A stretch of DNA of 64,000 nt from a bacterium (GTDB lineage: Bacteria; UBA8248): contig OZ244799.1 in assembly GCA_965219955.1 (NCBI GenBank), positions 2,560,001-2,624,000 of the forward strand, written 5' to 3'. Below are positions 55,255 to 64,000 of the stretch, piece after piece (positions within the stretch are counted from its first letter, which is position 1; each line of letters begins with the position of its first letter). The translations under genes were made by a program, and so were the position numbers. The notes under the pieces are model-generated. The model saw only the letters and a list, made by a program, of their open reading frames with translations. It had not been told where the DNA came from and did no database searches.

Positions 55255-56043
55255 GGCACCCTCCGGATGATACATAAATACAACATACCGAGGCCGGCAA
55301 TGCAATTTGGAGACATTCCTGAACCGGGTTTCGGGATGGTGCGCGTCCCGGTTCTACGAAACCGAAGAAAAGAAGAGCCGGTGGAACCGATGAGCTACAA
55401 TCCTGCGCAATGCGCGAGACAGCGACAGCACTCCTCGGGCAGCAGCGTGGCGCTATACTTCCCAGTGGTGTTGTGATCGGCGAAAGTTCTTTTAGAATAT
55501 GATCCTGCCTCCTTTTGTGAGAGGAGACACGATCACGAGGAGCGTTCACGCCGCCCCGGGCTGCTGAAAAATCCCTGTCCGGAGAGCCTGTATATGAATC
55601 TATATCGCCGTGTCGACGAAGTGATGACGGAAGGCGTGGCGCCAGAGAACGATCGAGGGACGGCGACGCCGCCCGGGGGTTTTGTCCCGGCTCTTGTTTC
55701 CCGGCGGTTGCACCCAGCGGGAAGGGCGGGTAGAATCACCGAACATACGGCTTGACTTTGATGCCTCGTTATGCAAGATTTTGTCGTAATATCTATTGAC
55801 TCGTAGAGTCGGATGCCGTAATAAAGACTTTAATCATCTGGACTTCGCCCGAACCTTTACGATAAAGTAAACAATAATGAACTATCAGGGTATACAACGG
55901 GAGGAGGACATAACGAAAGATTCAGCAAAATGAAGCGGAACAGAAAACGAAGGAATACGGGAAGAATCTCAAGATAGAAAAAAGGAATAATCTACATCGC
56001 CCGCTGTGGGCAATCCAACAAGTAATTTTAGGGAGGAATTGTA

Positions 56044-57894
56044 ATGCAAAAATGGAGAAGCTTTACCATGGTGGCGCTCTTGGTTGCTGCCCTTGGTTTG
56101 GCGGGCTGCGGCGGTGGCGGTGGTGGGACTGCAGCAGAAGAGCCGGCACCAACTCCTACACCCCAAGAGATGTGCGAGGCGGACGGTGGGCGCTATAACG
56201 CAGACGGAACGTGCACGTCGGCCGCTGATCTCGCGGCGGAACAGCTGGCTGCGACGAAAAAGAGAGCGTCTGATGCGGCGACCGCGGCGCGCGCGGCGGC
56301 TATGGCTGCTGCGGGGCTGGACCACGCGGATGACGATGCAACGGCTGCGGCGATAGCTGCGGCGAATGAGGCGGCCGCGGCAGCCGAGGCTGCGAGCAAT
56401 GCGGCGCAAGACGCGTCGAGCCAGGATGCGGCGTCGGCTCTCGCTGACGTAGCGGAAAGCCAGCAGGCCGATGCGGAAGCGGCGCTGGCGAATGCCCGGA
56501 CGGCGTCGGGCATGGCGGCCCAAGCTGCGGCGGATGCGGCGGCGACGGCGGCCGTGACGAAATCGGCCACCTCGAAGAGAGCGGCCATCGCGGCGGAGGC
56601 TACAAGCGCGGCAGCGCCCTTCGATGATGCTACAACGATTACTAATAACTATGGTATCGGCATCTCACGCGACCGAGACGGTACGGAAATCGAGATTACC
56701 GTCCCGGGCGCAGGTGACGACGACCCCGAGTTCATGCACGCCATGGATCTGGGCGGCGGCAAGAACGCCTTCAGCATGCACACGCGCACGATGGAAGCGG
56801 ATGACGACGGCAACGTGGAAGAAGAAGTCGTGATCATCGGCACCGACATCGAGGCGCCGAAGGCGACGGCGTTCGCGAAGGTGGCGGGTCAGGCGCTGAA
56901 CGTTGACTTAGAGCTTAGCGAGGACGCCGATAACGACGGCACCGCTAACAACGACCTGACCGCTCTCTCGGTCGGTGGTACAAGTGACAACGATCTCACC
57001 ACGGTTCCGACGGGGGACACGCTAAAGCTGGTCAGGTCGTCTGCCTTTGCCGCCGGCAGCGGTTCGTCCACTGTTCACACTTTCGCCAGGTTCCAGCTGG
57101 ACAGCGACGCGGGCACCGACGGAAACCAGACGATTAAGGCGTTTGAAACCGCGGGCACCTACAACGGCGCGATGGGCACGTACCGGTGTGCAAGCGCCAG
57201 CGCCGATTGCACGGTCACGGTCAGTGATAAAGGCGCGATAACAGCCATGAGCGCGGGTTGGGCATTCACTCCCGCCGAGGGCGCGACCTCCGACGTTTCG
57301 GATGCCGACTTCAAGCACTTCGGCGTGTGGATCATGAAGACGACGGACTCTGAGGGCGCGGTCACCTACAACGCGGTCCAGACCTTCACGGGTTCTTCTG
57401 TTCCCGCCACAGCCTCAAGCCTTACCAGTGTGCTGGGCACCGCGGAATACAACGGCGACGCCGTGGGCGTATACGTGCACGAAACCTACAAAACGACGGA
57501 CGGCAGTGTCGATGCGGCCACTTCGGGCCACTTCACGGCGGCCGTGAGTTTGACGGCGACCTTCAGTCAGGTTCCTGTTTCGGACACCGACACTACGGGC
57601 ACCATCGCGCCGAGTCAGTTGAACACCCTGACCGGGACAATCAGCAACTTCCAGCTCTCCGGCGGTGAGGAGAACAACTGGGAAGTGGTTTTGAGCGGTG
57701 ACATTGATGAGTCCAATGCAACCGCGTCCGGCACGGCGAAGGGCGGTCACCCGAGTGACGACGGCAGCTTCAGCGCCACCTTCCACGGCCCGACGGGTGA
57801 TGACAATGATGAAAAGCCGCACACCGTGGTGGGCGAGTTCAACGCCGGCTTCGGGAACGGCGTCGCGGCCGGCGCGTTCGGCGCGAGAAACTAG
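56044..57894 (+). CDS. Surface lipoprotein with TbpB-like C-terminal barrel (copy 2, identical)
   Basis: Same 616-aa translation as 51253-53103. Confidence 0.85.
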   Translation: MQKWRSFTMVALLVAALGLAGCGGGGGGTAAEEPAPTPTPQEMCEADGGRYNADGTCTSAADLAAEQLAATKKRASDAATAARAAAMAAAGLDHADDDATAAAIAAANEAAAAAEAASNAAQDASSQDAASALADVAESQQADAEAALANARTASGMAAQAAADAAATAAVTKSATSKRAAIAAEATSAAAPFDDATTITNNYGIGISRDRDGTEIEITVPGAGDDDPEFMHAMDLGGGKNAFSMHTRTMEADDDGNVEEEVVIIGTDIEAPKATAFAKVAGQALNVDLELSEDADNDGTANNDLTALSVGGTSDNDLTTVPTGDTLKLVRSSAFAAGSGSSTVHTFARFQLDSDAGTDGNQTIKAFETAGTYNGAMGTYRCASASADCTVTVSDKGAITAMSAGWAFTPAEGATSDVSDADFKHFGVWIMKTTDSEGAVTYNAVQTFTGSSVPATASSLTSVLGTAEYNGDAVGVYVHETYKTTDGSVDAATSGHFTAAVSLTATFSQVPVSDTDTTGTIAPSQLNTLTGTISNFQLSGGEENNWEVVLSGDIDESNATASGTAKGGHPSDDGSFSATFHGPTGDDNDEKPHTVVGEFNAGFGNGVAAGAFGARN

Positions 57895-57911
57895 GAAAAG
57901 AGAGCGAAATC

Positions 57912-58014
57912 GGGGTTGTCCGCTGGTGCTTCCCTCGTGATGGAGCAAAGCGTACCGTTCCCGGCCTGAGAGTTTGAGTCCTCCGGGTCGGGAACGGGAG
58001 CAGCGGGCAGCCCC
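57912..58014 (+). ncRNA. Candidate three-way-junction 3' UTR RNA (copy A)
   Basis: P1 GGGGTTGTCCGCTG/CAGCGGGCAGCCCC; P2 TGCTTC/GGAGCA; P3 CCGTTCCCGGCCTG/CGGGTCGGGAACGG capped by GAG-TTTGAGTC-CTC. Confidence 0.6.
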
Positions 58015-58060
58015 GTTTCCTTGACATGAGACATTGTCCGTCCTCAACAACCCCTCTTCA

Positions 58061-61000
58061 ATGATGAATCCTCTCGACAAACCCTGCCCGGGTATCGCTT
58101 GCTCTTCGCGCCGCGCCCCTGGCGTCGCCATAGCGGTACTTCTCTTTATCGCCACCCTCTCTTGCCTGATGCCGCAAACGGCGTCGGCGCAGGATAGCGC
58201 CACCTACACCTTCACCTTCGAGGGCAACTGGAACCTGCGGAGCGCGCCCAAGGGGGTTCCGTCCAACGCGTATTTCACGGCGATCATCTGGCGCACTCAC
58301 GACAGCGGGATCACCTACTGGAAGCCGGGCGGCATGGCGAGCAGGGGCGTGGAGGTGGTCGCGGAAGACGGCGCCACTCATATTTTCGCCGATGAAACCA
58401 TCGCCGAAGGGGCAAGGGACCACCTGGGAACTGGCGATGTGTTCGGTGTGCCGAGAGGCGGTAATACGAGGGGGAGCACGAAAATCCGTTTCCGGAGCAA
58501 GAAATACCCCCGTCTCACCTTCCTGTCGATGCTCGGCCCCACACCGGACTGGTTCGTGGGCGTCTCGGGCATCTCGCTGCTGGATTCGAAAGGCAACTGG
58601 GTCCGTTCGAAAACCATGAGTCTGTATGCTTACGACGCCGGCACCGAGGAGGGGAGCGAGTATACGCAGAACAACCCCGCTTCGAACCCTCACGTGCCGA
58701 TATTCAGCCTCAAGGGCAAAGGCAAGTTTTCGGGTTCGAGCGTTCCGGTGGCGAGGATCAGACTCGAACTAGACGTTCCGCCGAACCCGGTAAACCTCAA
58801 GGTGGGCGGGAAAACCGCCGCCGTCATCGGCGAAGGCGGCGCACTCGATATCACGGCGGCGCTGAACAGCGTCAACGACTCGGGTGGTGCTCTCGCCATT
58901 CCCATCCGGGTACGAAGCAATGGCTCCACCGCCGGGAGCAATGACTACACGCTGGGCGCGGCTTCTGTCGCCATCGCCGACAACGCACGCACCGGTACGG
59001 TGAAGTTTACGGCGAACGATGACGGCGCCGATGAACCGCCGGAGAAGGTGATTGTGGAACTGGGCAGTTCCTTGCCGAAAGGCGTCACGGCCGGGTCCGG
59101 CAATACGGTGACGATCACCATCGCCGACGACGACGCCACGGTGGTGAGTCTCGCGCGAACCGATTCGGGCGCTATCGCCGAGGGAGGGACGGGCGCGAGG
59201 GAAAACGCCGAATTCACGGTAAGCCTGGGCCGTGCGCTGGCCGCCGGAGAGCGCATAGACGTTCCGCTGGTATTCTCCGGCGCGGGCATCACCTCGGCCG
59301 ACCTCGAGGCACTGGCATTGAAGTCCGGCAGCCACCTCAACACGGGCGTTACGCTTTCCGGGGCCGGGACGCTCACGCCCGTGATCCGCTTTCAGGGCGC
59401 GAACGCCCGGACCGCCACACTGGAACTGACGCCAGCCGACGATGACGAGGTGGAGGGCAACGAGAGCCTGCGTGTCGCCCTCGGCCCGGACGGGAGCGGG
59501 ACGAACGGGTTTGACCGCAGCGCCCTCGGCACGAACGTCGGCGGCGGATCGGACCCTCACAAAACCAGCAATTCCTTCAATCTGATACTTGAATCGGATG
59601 ACGATCCACCACCTTCGACGCCTGTTGTGAGCATAGCGGGCGGCAGCGCCGTCACCGAGGGCGGCACGGCGACCTTCACACTGAGTGCGTCTCCCAAGCC
59701 CCCGGCTGGTATTACCGTGAGGGTGACGGTCACCGACAGCGGCGCGTTCGCCGGGAGCGGTCAGTCGGGTACGAGGACGCTCGCCATGGGAACGGGCGGC
59801 ACGGCCGTCCTCACGGTCACGACGCTCAACGACGAAATCGACGAGGAGAACGGCTCGATCACGGCGACGGTCGCTGCGGGCGATGGGTATTCACCATCAA
59901 ATACCAAAGGCACGGCGACGGTCGCGGTGAGCGACGACGACTTGCCGCTGCCTGTGGCGTCGTTCTCCTCCTCCTCGCAAAGCGCTGGGGAGAACGCGGG
60001 AACGCGCAACGTGAGGGTGAACCTGTCCCGGACCCCGGCTTCGGGCTTCACGCTGAACTATTCGGTAAAGGGTACGGCAGTCTCGGGCGTGGACTACACG
60101 GCGCTTCCGGGCAGCGTTTCGGTGTCATCGGGTGCGGCGAGTGTGGATATTCCGGTGAAAATCACCGACGACGGAGCGGACGAGGGTAGCGAGACGGTTT
60201 TGCTGACACTCACCGCGGGCGAGGGCTACGAGGTGGGGAGCACGAACGTCCACACACTGACCATCGAAGACAATGACGATCCACCACCTTCGACGCCTGT
60301 TGTGAGCATAGCGGGCGGCAGCGCCGTCACCGAGGGCGGCACGGCGACCTTCACACTGAGTGCGTCTCCCAAGCCCCCGGCTGGTATTACCGTGAGGGTG
60401 ACGGTCACCGACAGCGGCGCGTTCGCCGGGAGCGGTCAGTCGGGTACGAGGACGCTCGCCATGGGAACGGGCGGCACGGCCGTCCTCACGGTCACGACGC
60501 TCAACGACGAAATCGACGAGGAGAACGGCTCGATCACGGCGACGGTCGCTGCGGGCGATGGGTATTCACCATCAAATACCAAAGGCACGGCGACGGTCGC
60601 GGTGAGCGACGACGACTTGCCGCTGCCTGTGGCGTCGTTCTCCTCCTCCTCGCAAAGCGCTGGGGAGAACGCGGGAACGCGCAACGTGAGGGTGAACCTG
60701 TCCCGGACCCCGGCTTCGGGCTTCACGCTGAACTATTCGGTAAAGGGTACGGCAGTCTCGGGCGTGGACTACACGGCGCTTCCGGGCAGCGTTTCGGTGT
60801 CATCGGGTGCGGCGAGTGTGGATATTCCGGTGAAAATCACCGACGACGGAACGGACGAGGGTAGCGAGACGGTTTTGCTGACACTCACCGCGGGCGAGGG
60901 CTACGAGGTGGGGAGCACGAACGTCCACACACTGACCATCGAAGACAATGACGATCCACCACCTTCGACGCCTGTTGTGAGCATAGCGGGCGGCAGCGCC

Positions 61001-64000
61001 GTCACCGAGGGCGGCACGGCGACCTTCACACTGAGTGCGTCTCCCAAGCCCCCGGCTGGTATTACCGTGAGGGTGACGGTCACCGACAGCGGCGCGTTCG
61101 CCGGGAGCGGTCAGTCGGGTACGAGGACGCTCGCCATGGGAACGGGCGGCACGGCCGTCCTCACGGTCACGACGCTCAACGACGAAATCGACGAGGAGAA
61201 CGGCTCGATCACGGCGACGGTCGCTGCGGGCGATGGGTATTCACCATCAAATACCAAAGGCACGGCGACGGTCGCGGTGAGCGACGACGACTTGCCGCTG
61301 CCTGTGGCGTCGTTCTCCTCCTCCTCGCAAAGCGCTGGGGAGAACGCGGGAACGCGCAACGTGAGGGTGAACCTGTCCCGGACCCCGGCTTCGGGCTTCA
61401 CGCTGAACTATTCGGTAAAGGGTACGGCAGTCTCGGGCGTGGACTACACGGCGCTTCCGGGCAGCGTTTCGGTGTCATCGGGTGCGGCGAGTGTGGATAT
61501 TCCGGTGAAAATCACCGACGACGGAGCGGACGAGGGTAGCGAGACGGTTTTGCTGACACTCACCGCGGGCGAGGGCTACGAGGTGGGGAGCACGAACGTC
61601 CACACACTGACCATCGAAGACAATGACGATCCACCACCTTCGACGCCTGTTGTGAGCATAGCGGGCGGCAGCGCCGTCACCGAGGGCGGCACGGCGACCT
61701 TCACACTGAGTGCGTCTCCCAAGCCCCCGGCTGGTATTACCGTGAGGGTGACGGTCACCGACAGCGGCGCGTTCGCCGGGAGCGGTCAGTCGGGTACGAG
61801 GACGCTCGCCATGGGAACGGGCGGCACGGCCGTCCTCACGGTCACGACGCTCAACGACGAAATCGACGAGGAGAACGGCTCGATCACGGCGACGGTCGCT
61901 GCGGGCGATGGGTATTCACCATCAAATACCAAAGGCACGGCGACGGTCGCGGTGAGCGACGACGACTTGCCGCTGCCTGTGGCGTCGTTCTCCTCCTCCT
62001 CGGTGGCTCTCCAGATAGGGACGCTGCCGGAGGGAGGCCTGTCACTCGATGAGGGGGATTCGGCAAGCTACACATTGGTGCTGACGGCGCAGCCCACGGA
62101 CCCGGTGAGAGTGACACCCGAAAGTGCGCACCCGGAGGCGGTGTCGGTGCGTCCGGCGTGGCTGGAATTCACTCCGGACAACTGGGACGCGCCGCAAAAT
62201 GTGACCCTGACTGCTGTGGTCGATGGAGACGCCCAAGACGAGAGCGTGGTTGTCTCTCACGCAGTATCGAGCGCAGACGCGCGCTACGGGGGGCTCGACG
62301 GCGGGACGGTGCGGGTGAGTGTCTCGGACGCTAGTGGACCGCAGTTCGTGTCGACGCATTTCGCGTTCACGATAGCGGAGAACACGGTGGGTCCGACGCC
62401 CGTACGCGGTGCCGGGGGTAGCCCCGGAGCGGTGCGCGCGACTGGGAACGGCGTCAGGTACACCATGGCCGGCGGCGGCGAACTTTTTCTGGTCGATGCG
62501 GAGACGGGTGCAGTGACCTATACGGGCTCGGGCGAACCGACGGGGCGCCATGAACTGACCATTCTTGCCAGCGACGCGCTGGGGCGCGTCGCCAGGACAC
62601 GGGTAAGCGTACGGGTTATAGAGGATCCGTCGTCTGTGGCCGCAGGACTGCTGCGTATTGCGCGCACCGGGGCGGACCACGTGCTGGAGGGCATCGCCTC
62701 GCGACTTGAAGCAGTGCGAAGACTGGGTATCGAGGTTCGCCTGGCAGGACAAGACATTCTGGCCCTTGAGGGGAATGATGGAACGTCAAGCCTTGCGTCT
62801 GCGATCAACTCTGCGCACGGGCGTCGAGGTGAAAGGATGGAGGCACGATCGGTCGGACGTGCCCTGTCGGAAGAGGAATTGCTGAGGGGGGTGGCGTTCG
62901 CGCTGAGCGGAGATATGACGCCGGGCGGCGCGTCCTGGTCGGCCTGGGGCAGGGGGACCGGTTCCCGATTCGACGAACAGGAGGGAGAGCGCTCCATGCA
63001 GGGCGAGGTGCTGACGGGCATCGTCGGCCTCGACAGGAGAGAGGGACGGTGGCTGACGGGCCTGGTGGTTTCACGCAGCGCAGGTGAGGGTGAGTGGAGC
63101 GGACCAGGCAACGAGCGATGGCAGATGGAGACCGACCTCACGATCCTCGCGCCCTATACGGCGTTCAGTCTCTCGGACCCGGTCACGCTCTGGGGGACGG
63201 TGGGCTACGGGCGGGGTTCGCTCGGGGTGAAGCGCCCCGGAGGCGGTTCGAGCGAGACCGACGTAGATACGACCTTGTTGGCGGCGGGCGTCCGGGGGGA
63301 GTTGATCGAGGCGCCGCCCGGGGGCGGGTTCGGCCTCGCCGTTAAATCGGACGTGCTGTGGCTGCGGGCGAATTCGGACGAGGAGAACGGTCTCTCCGCC
63401 ACGTCGCAGGACGCGACCAGGTCCCGGCTCGCTCTGGTAGCCTCGTGGCGTGGTAGATTCGAGGGTTATGGTGAACTGGGAATGAAGCTGGAGTTGGGTG
63501 GGCGTCATGAAGGAGACGACGCGGAGAGCGGTTTCGGGGTGGAAGCGGGCGTTGCCGTAAACTGGAGCGACCAGAGGCGCGGAATCGGTATTCAGGTCGA
63601 AGGACGGGTTCTGACGCTTCACGACGCCTTCGATACGAGTGAGGAAGGCCTCTCGGTTTCTCTTTCCTGGATGCCGGGCGGGACGTCGCCGCTGGGTCCC
63701 TCGATCGCGTTCCGTCTCGACAGGGGAGCGCCTTCTCCGGGTGGGCTCGATCGCCTGGCGGCGTCCGGTACCGGAACGGCCTCGGACGAAGCGACTGGCC
63801 GGGCTTACTCTTTCGAGGCGGCCTGGGGTTTCCCTGCCTTCGGTGGGCGGTTCGTGGGTAGCCCCTATATCCGTCACGGTTTCTCCTCTGCGGCGAACGA
63901 CTATACCTTCGGCTGGCGCCTTGCCCCGGCCGCGCCCGAGGCTTTCGACCTCACCCTCGGGGTTCAAGCCACGATGAGCGAGAACGGAGACGAGAATCCC
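58061..64000 (+). CDS. Large adhesin-like autotransporter: signal peptide, Spondin_N, Calx-beta-like repeats, cadherin-like domain, beta-barrel (runs off window)
   Basis: Not in the ORF track; frame consistent at checkpoints to the window end; SMLGPTPDWFVGVS and YDAGTE (spondin); WSAWGRG...GEVLTGIVGLD (autotransporter barrel). Confidence 0.88.
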   Translation, partial: MMNPLDKPCPGIACSSRRAPGVAIAVLLFIATLSCLMPQTASAQDSATYTFTFEGNWNLRSAPKGVPSNAYFTAIIWRTHDSGITYWKPGGMASRGVEVVAEDGATHIFADETIAEGARDHLGTGDVFGVPRGGNTRGSTKIRFRSKKYPRLTFLSMLGPTPDWFVGVSGISLLDSKGNWVRSKTMSLYAYDAGTEEGSEYTQNNPASNPHVPIFSLKGKGKFSGSSVPVARIRLELDVPPNPVNLKVGGKTAAVIGEGGALDITAALNSVNDSGGALAIPIRVRSNGSTAGSNDYTLGAASVAIADNARTGTVKFTANDDGADEPPEKVIVELGSSLPKGVTAGSGNTVTITIADDDATVVSLARTDSGAIAEGGTGARENAEFTVSLGRALAAGERIDVPLVFSGAGITSADLEALALKSGSHLNTGVTLSGAGTLTPVIRFQGANARTATLELTPADDDEVEGNESLRVALGPDGSGTNGFDRSALGTNVGGGSDPHKTSNSFNLILESDDDPPPSTPVVSIAGGSAVTEGGTATFTLSASPKPPAGITVRVTVTDSGAFAGSGQSGTRTLAMGTGGTAVLTVTTLNDEIDEENGSITATVAAGDGYSPSNTKGTATVAVSDDDLPLPVASFSSSSQSAGENAGTRNVRVNLSRTPASGFTLNYSVKGTAVSGVDYTALPGSVSVSSGAASVDIPVKITDDGADEGSETVLLTLTAGEGYEVGSTNVHTLTIEDNDDPPPSTPVVSIAGGSAVTEGGTATFTLSASPKPPAGITVRVTVTDSGAFAGSGQSGTRTLAMGTGGTAVLTVTTLNDEIDEENGSITATVAAGDGYSPSNTKGTATVAVSDDDLPLPVASFSSSSQSAGENAGTRNVRVNLSRTPASGFTLNYSVKGTAVSGVDYTALPGSVSVSSGAASVDIPVKITDDGTDEGSETVLLTLTAGEGYEVGSTNVHTLTIEDNDDPPPSTPVVSIAGGSAVTEGGTATFTLSASPKPPAGITVRVTVTDSGAFAGSGQSGTRTLAMGTGGTAVLTVTTLNDEIDEENGSITATVAAGDGYSPSNTKGTATVAVSDDDLPLPVASFSSSSQSAGENAGTRNVRVNLSRTPASGFTLNYSVKGTAVSGVDYTALPGSVSVSSGAASVDIPVKITDDGADEGSETVLLTLTAGEGYEVGSTNVHTLTIEDNDDPPPSTPVVSIAGGSAVTEGGTATFTLSASPKPPAGITVRVTVTDSGAFAGSGQSGTRTLAMGTGGTAVLTVTTLNDEIDEENGSITATVAAGDGYSPSNTKGTATVAVSDDDLPLPVASFSSSSVALQIGTLPEGGLSLDEGDSASYTLVLTAQPTDPVRVTPESAHPEAVSVRPAWLEFTPDNWDAPQNVTLTAVVDGDAQDESVVVSHAVSSADARYGGLDGGTVRVSVSDASGPQFVSTHFAFTIAENTVGPTPVRGAGGSPGAVRATGNGVRYTMAGGGELFLVDAETGAVTYTGSGEPTGRHELTILASDALGRVARTRVSVRVIEDPSSVAAGLLRIARTGADHVLEGIASRLEAVRRLGIEVRLAGQDILALEGNDGTSSLASAINSAHGRRGERMEARSVGRALSEEELLRGVAFALSGDMTPGGASWSAWGRGTGSRFDEQEGERSMQGEVLTGIVGLDRREGRWLTGLVVSRSAGEGEWSGPGNERWQMETDLTILAPYTAFSLSDPVTLWGTVGYGRGSLGVKRPGGGSSETDVDTTLLAAGVRGELIEAPPGGGFGLAVKSDVLWLRANSDEENGLSATSQDATRSRLALVASWRGRFEGYGELGMKLELGGRHEGDDAESGFGVEAGVAVNWSDQRRGIGIQVEGRVLTLHDAFDTSEEGLSVSLSWMPGGTSPLGPSIAFRLDRGAPSPGGLDRLAASGTGTASDEATGRAYSFEAAWGFPAFGGRFVGSPYIRHGFSSAANDYTFGWRLAPAAPEAFDLTLGVQATMSENGDENP
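59598..62002 (+). repeat. 675-bp in-frame tandem repeat, about 3.6 copies
   Basis: Unit starts at 59598, 60273, 60948, 61623; one difference seen (60851 A vs G at 60176 and 61526). Confidence 0.97.

Larger units (their letters stand above)
56034..58014 (+). repeat. Right copy of the 1981-bp inverted repeat
   Basis: Begins AGGAATTGTAATG (RBS), ends CAGCCCC. Confidence 0.95.

Noticed and set aside
57912-58014. Element as tRNA, hammerhead ribozyme, attC site or Tn3 MITE
   Set aside because: No cloverleaf, no CUGANGA/GAAA core, no RYYYAAC/GTTRRRY ends, no consistent target duplication (only a 4/5 match at copy B)
59598-62002. Repeat array as CRISPR or DGR template/variable repeats
   Set aside because: Long in-frame coding units, no spacers, no adenine-biased variation, and no cas or reverse transcriptase gene in the window

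Overview
After two host genes (a partial luciferase-like monooxygenase and a DUF192 protein), the window is mostly an integrative conjugative element (ICE) starting near 1.2 kb. Its right end is not identifiable. The backbone has two tandem intact tyrosine integrases, a MOBF relaxase, TraD and an F-type tra operon headed by an excisionase-like fusion protein. A ~16.5 kb leading region (ParB-like, GHKL ATPase, DUF2958, methyltransferase-strawberry-notch helicase, toprim, SSB, DUF4326, DUF2493) points toward a MOBF oriT, with nic predicted at 43624/43623 on the minus strand. An IS1111-type IS110 element in the leading region has a bridge RNA whose guides can be read off and match its own target and donor junctions. 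The visibly lower-GC cargo (44.4-64 kb) holds a LysM-TM-NERD gene whose linker is an IS256 fossil, three toxin-antitoxin pairs, TbpB-barrel surface lipoproteins and a >1980-aa spondin/Calx-beta autotransporter with 675-bp tandem repeats. The best candidate for an undescribed system is the lipoprotein locus. A 1981-bp unit running exactly from the RBS to the end of a ~103-nt three-way-junction RNA-like element is present as an inverted pair. A diverged, covarying copy of that element follows a third, decayed lipoprotein gene. All family calls come from motif recognition by eye; no searches were run.
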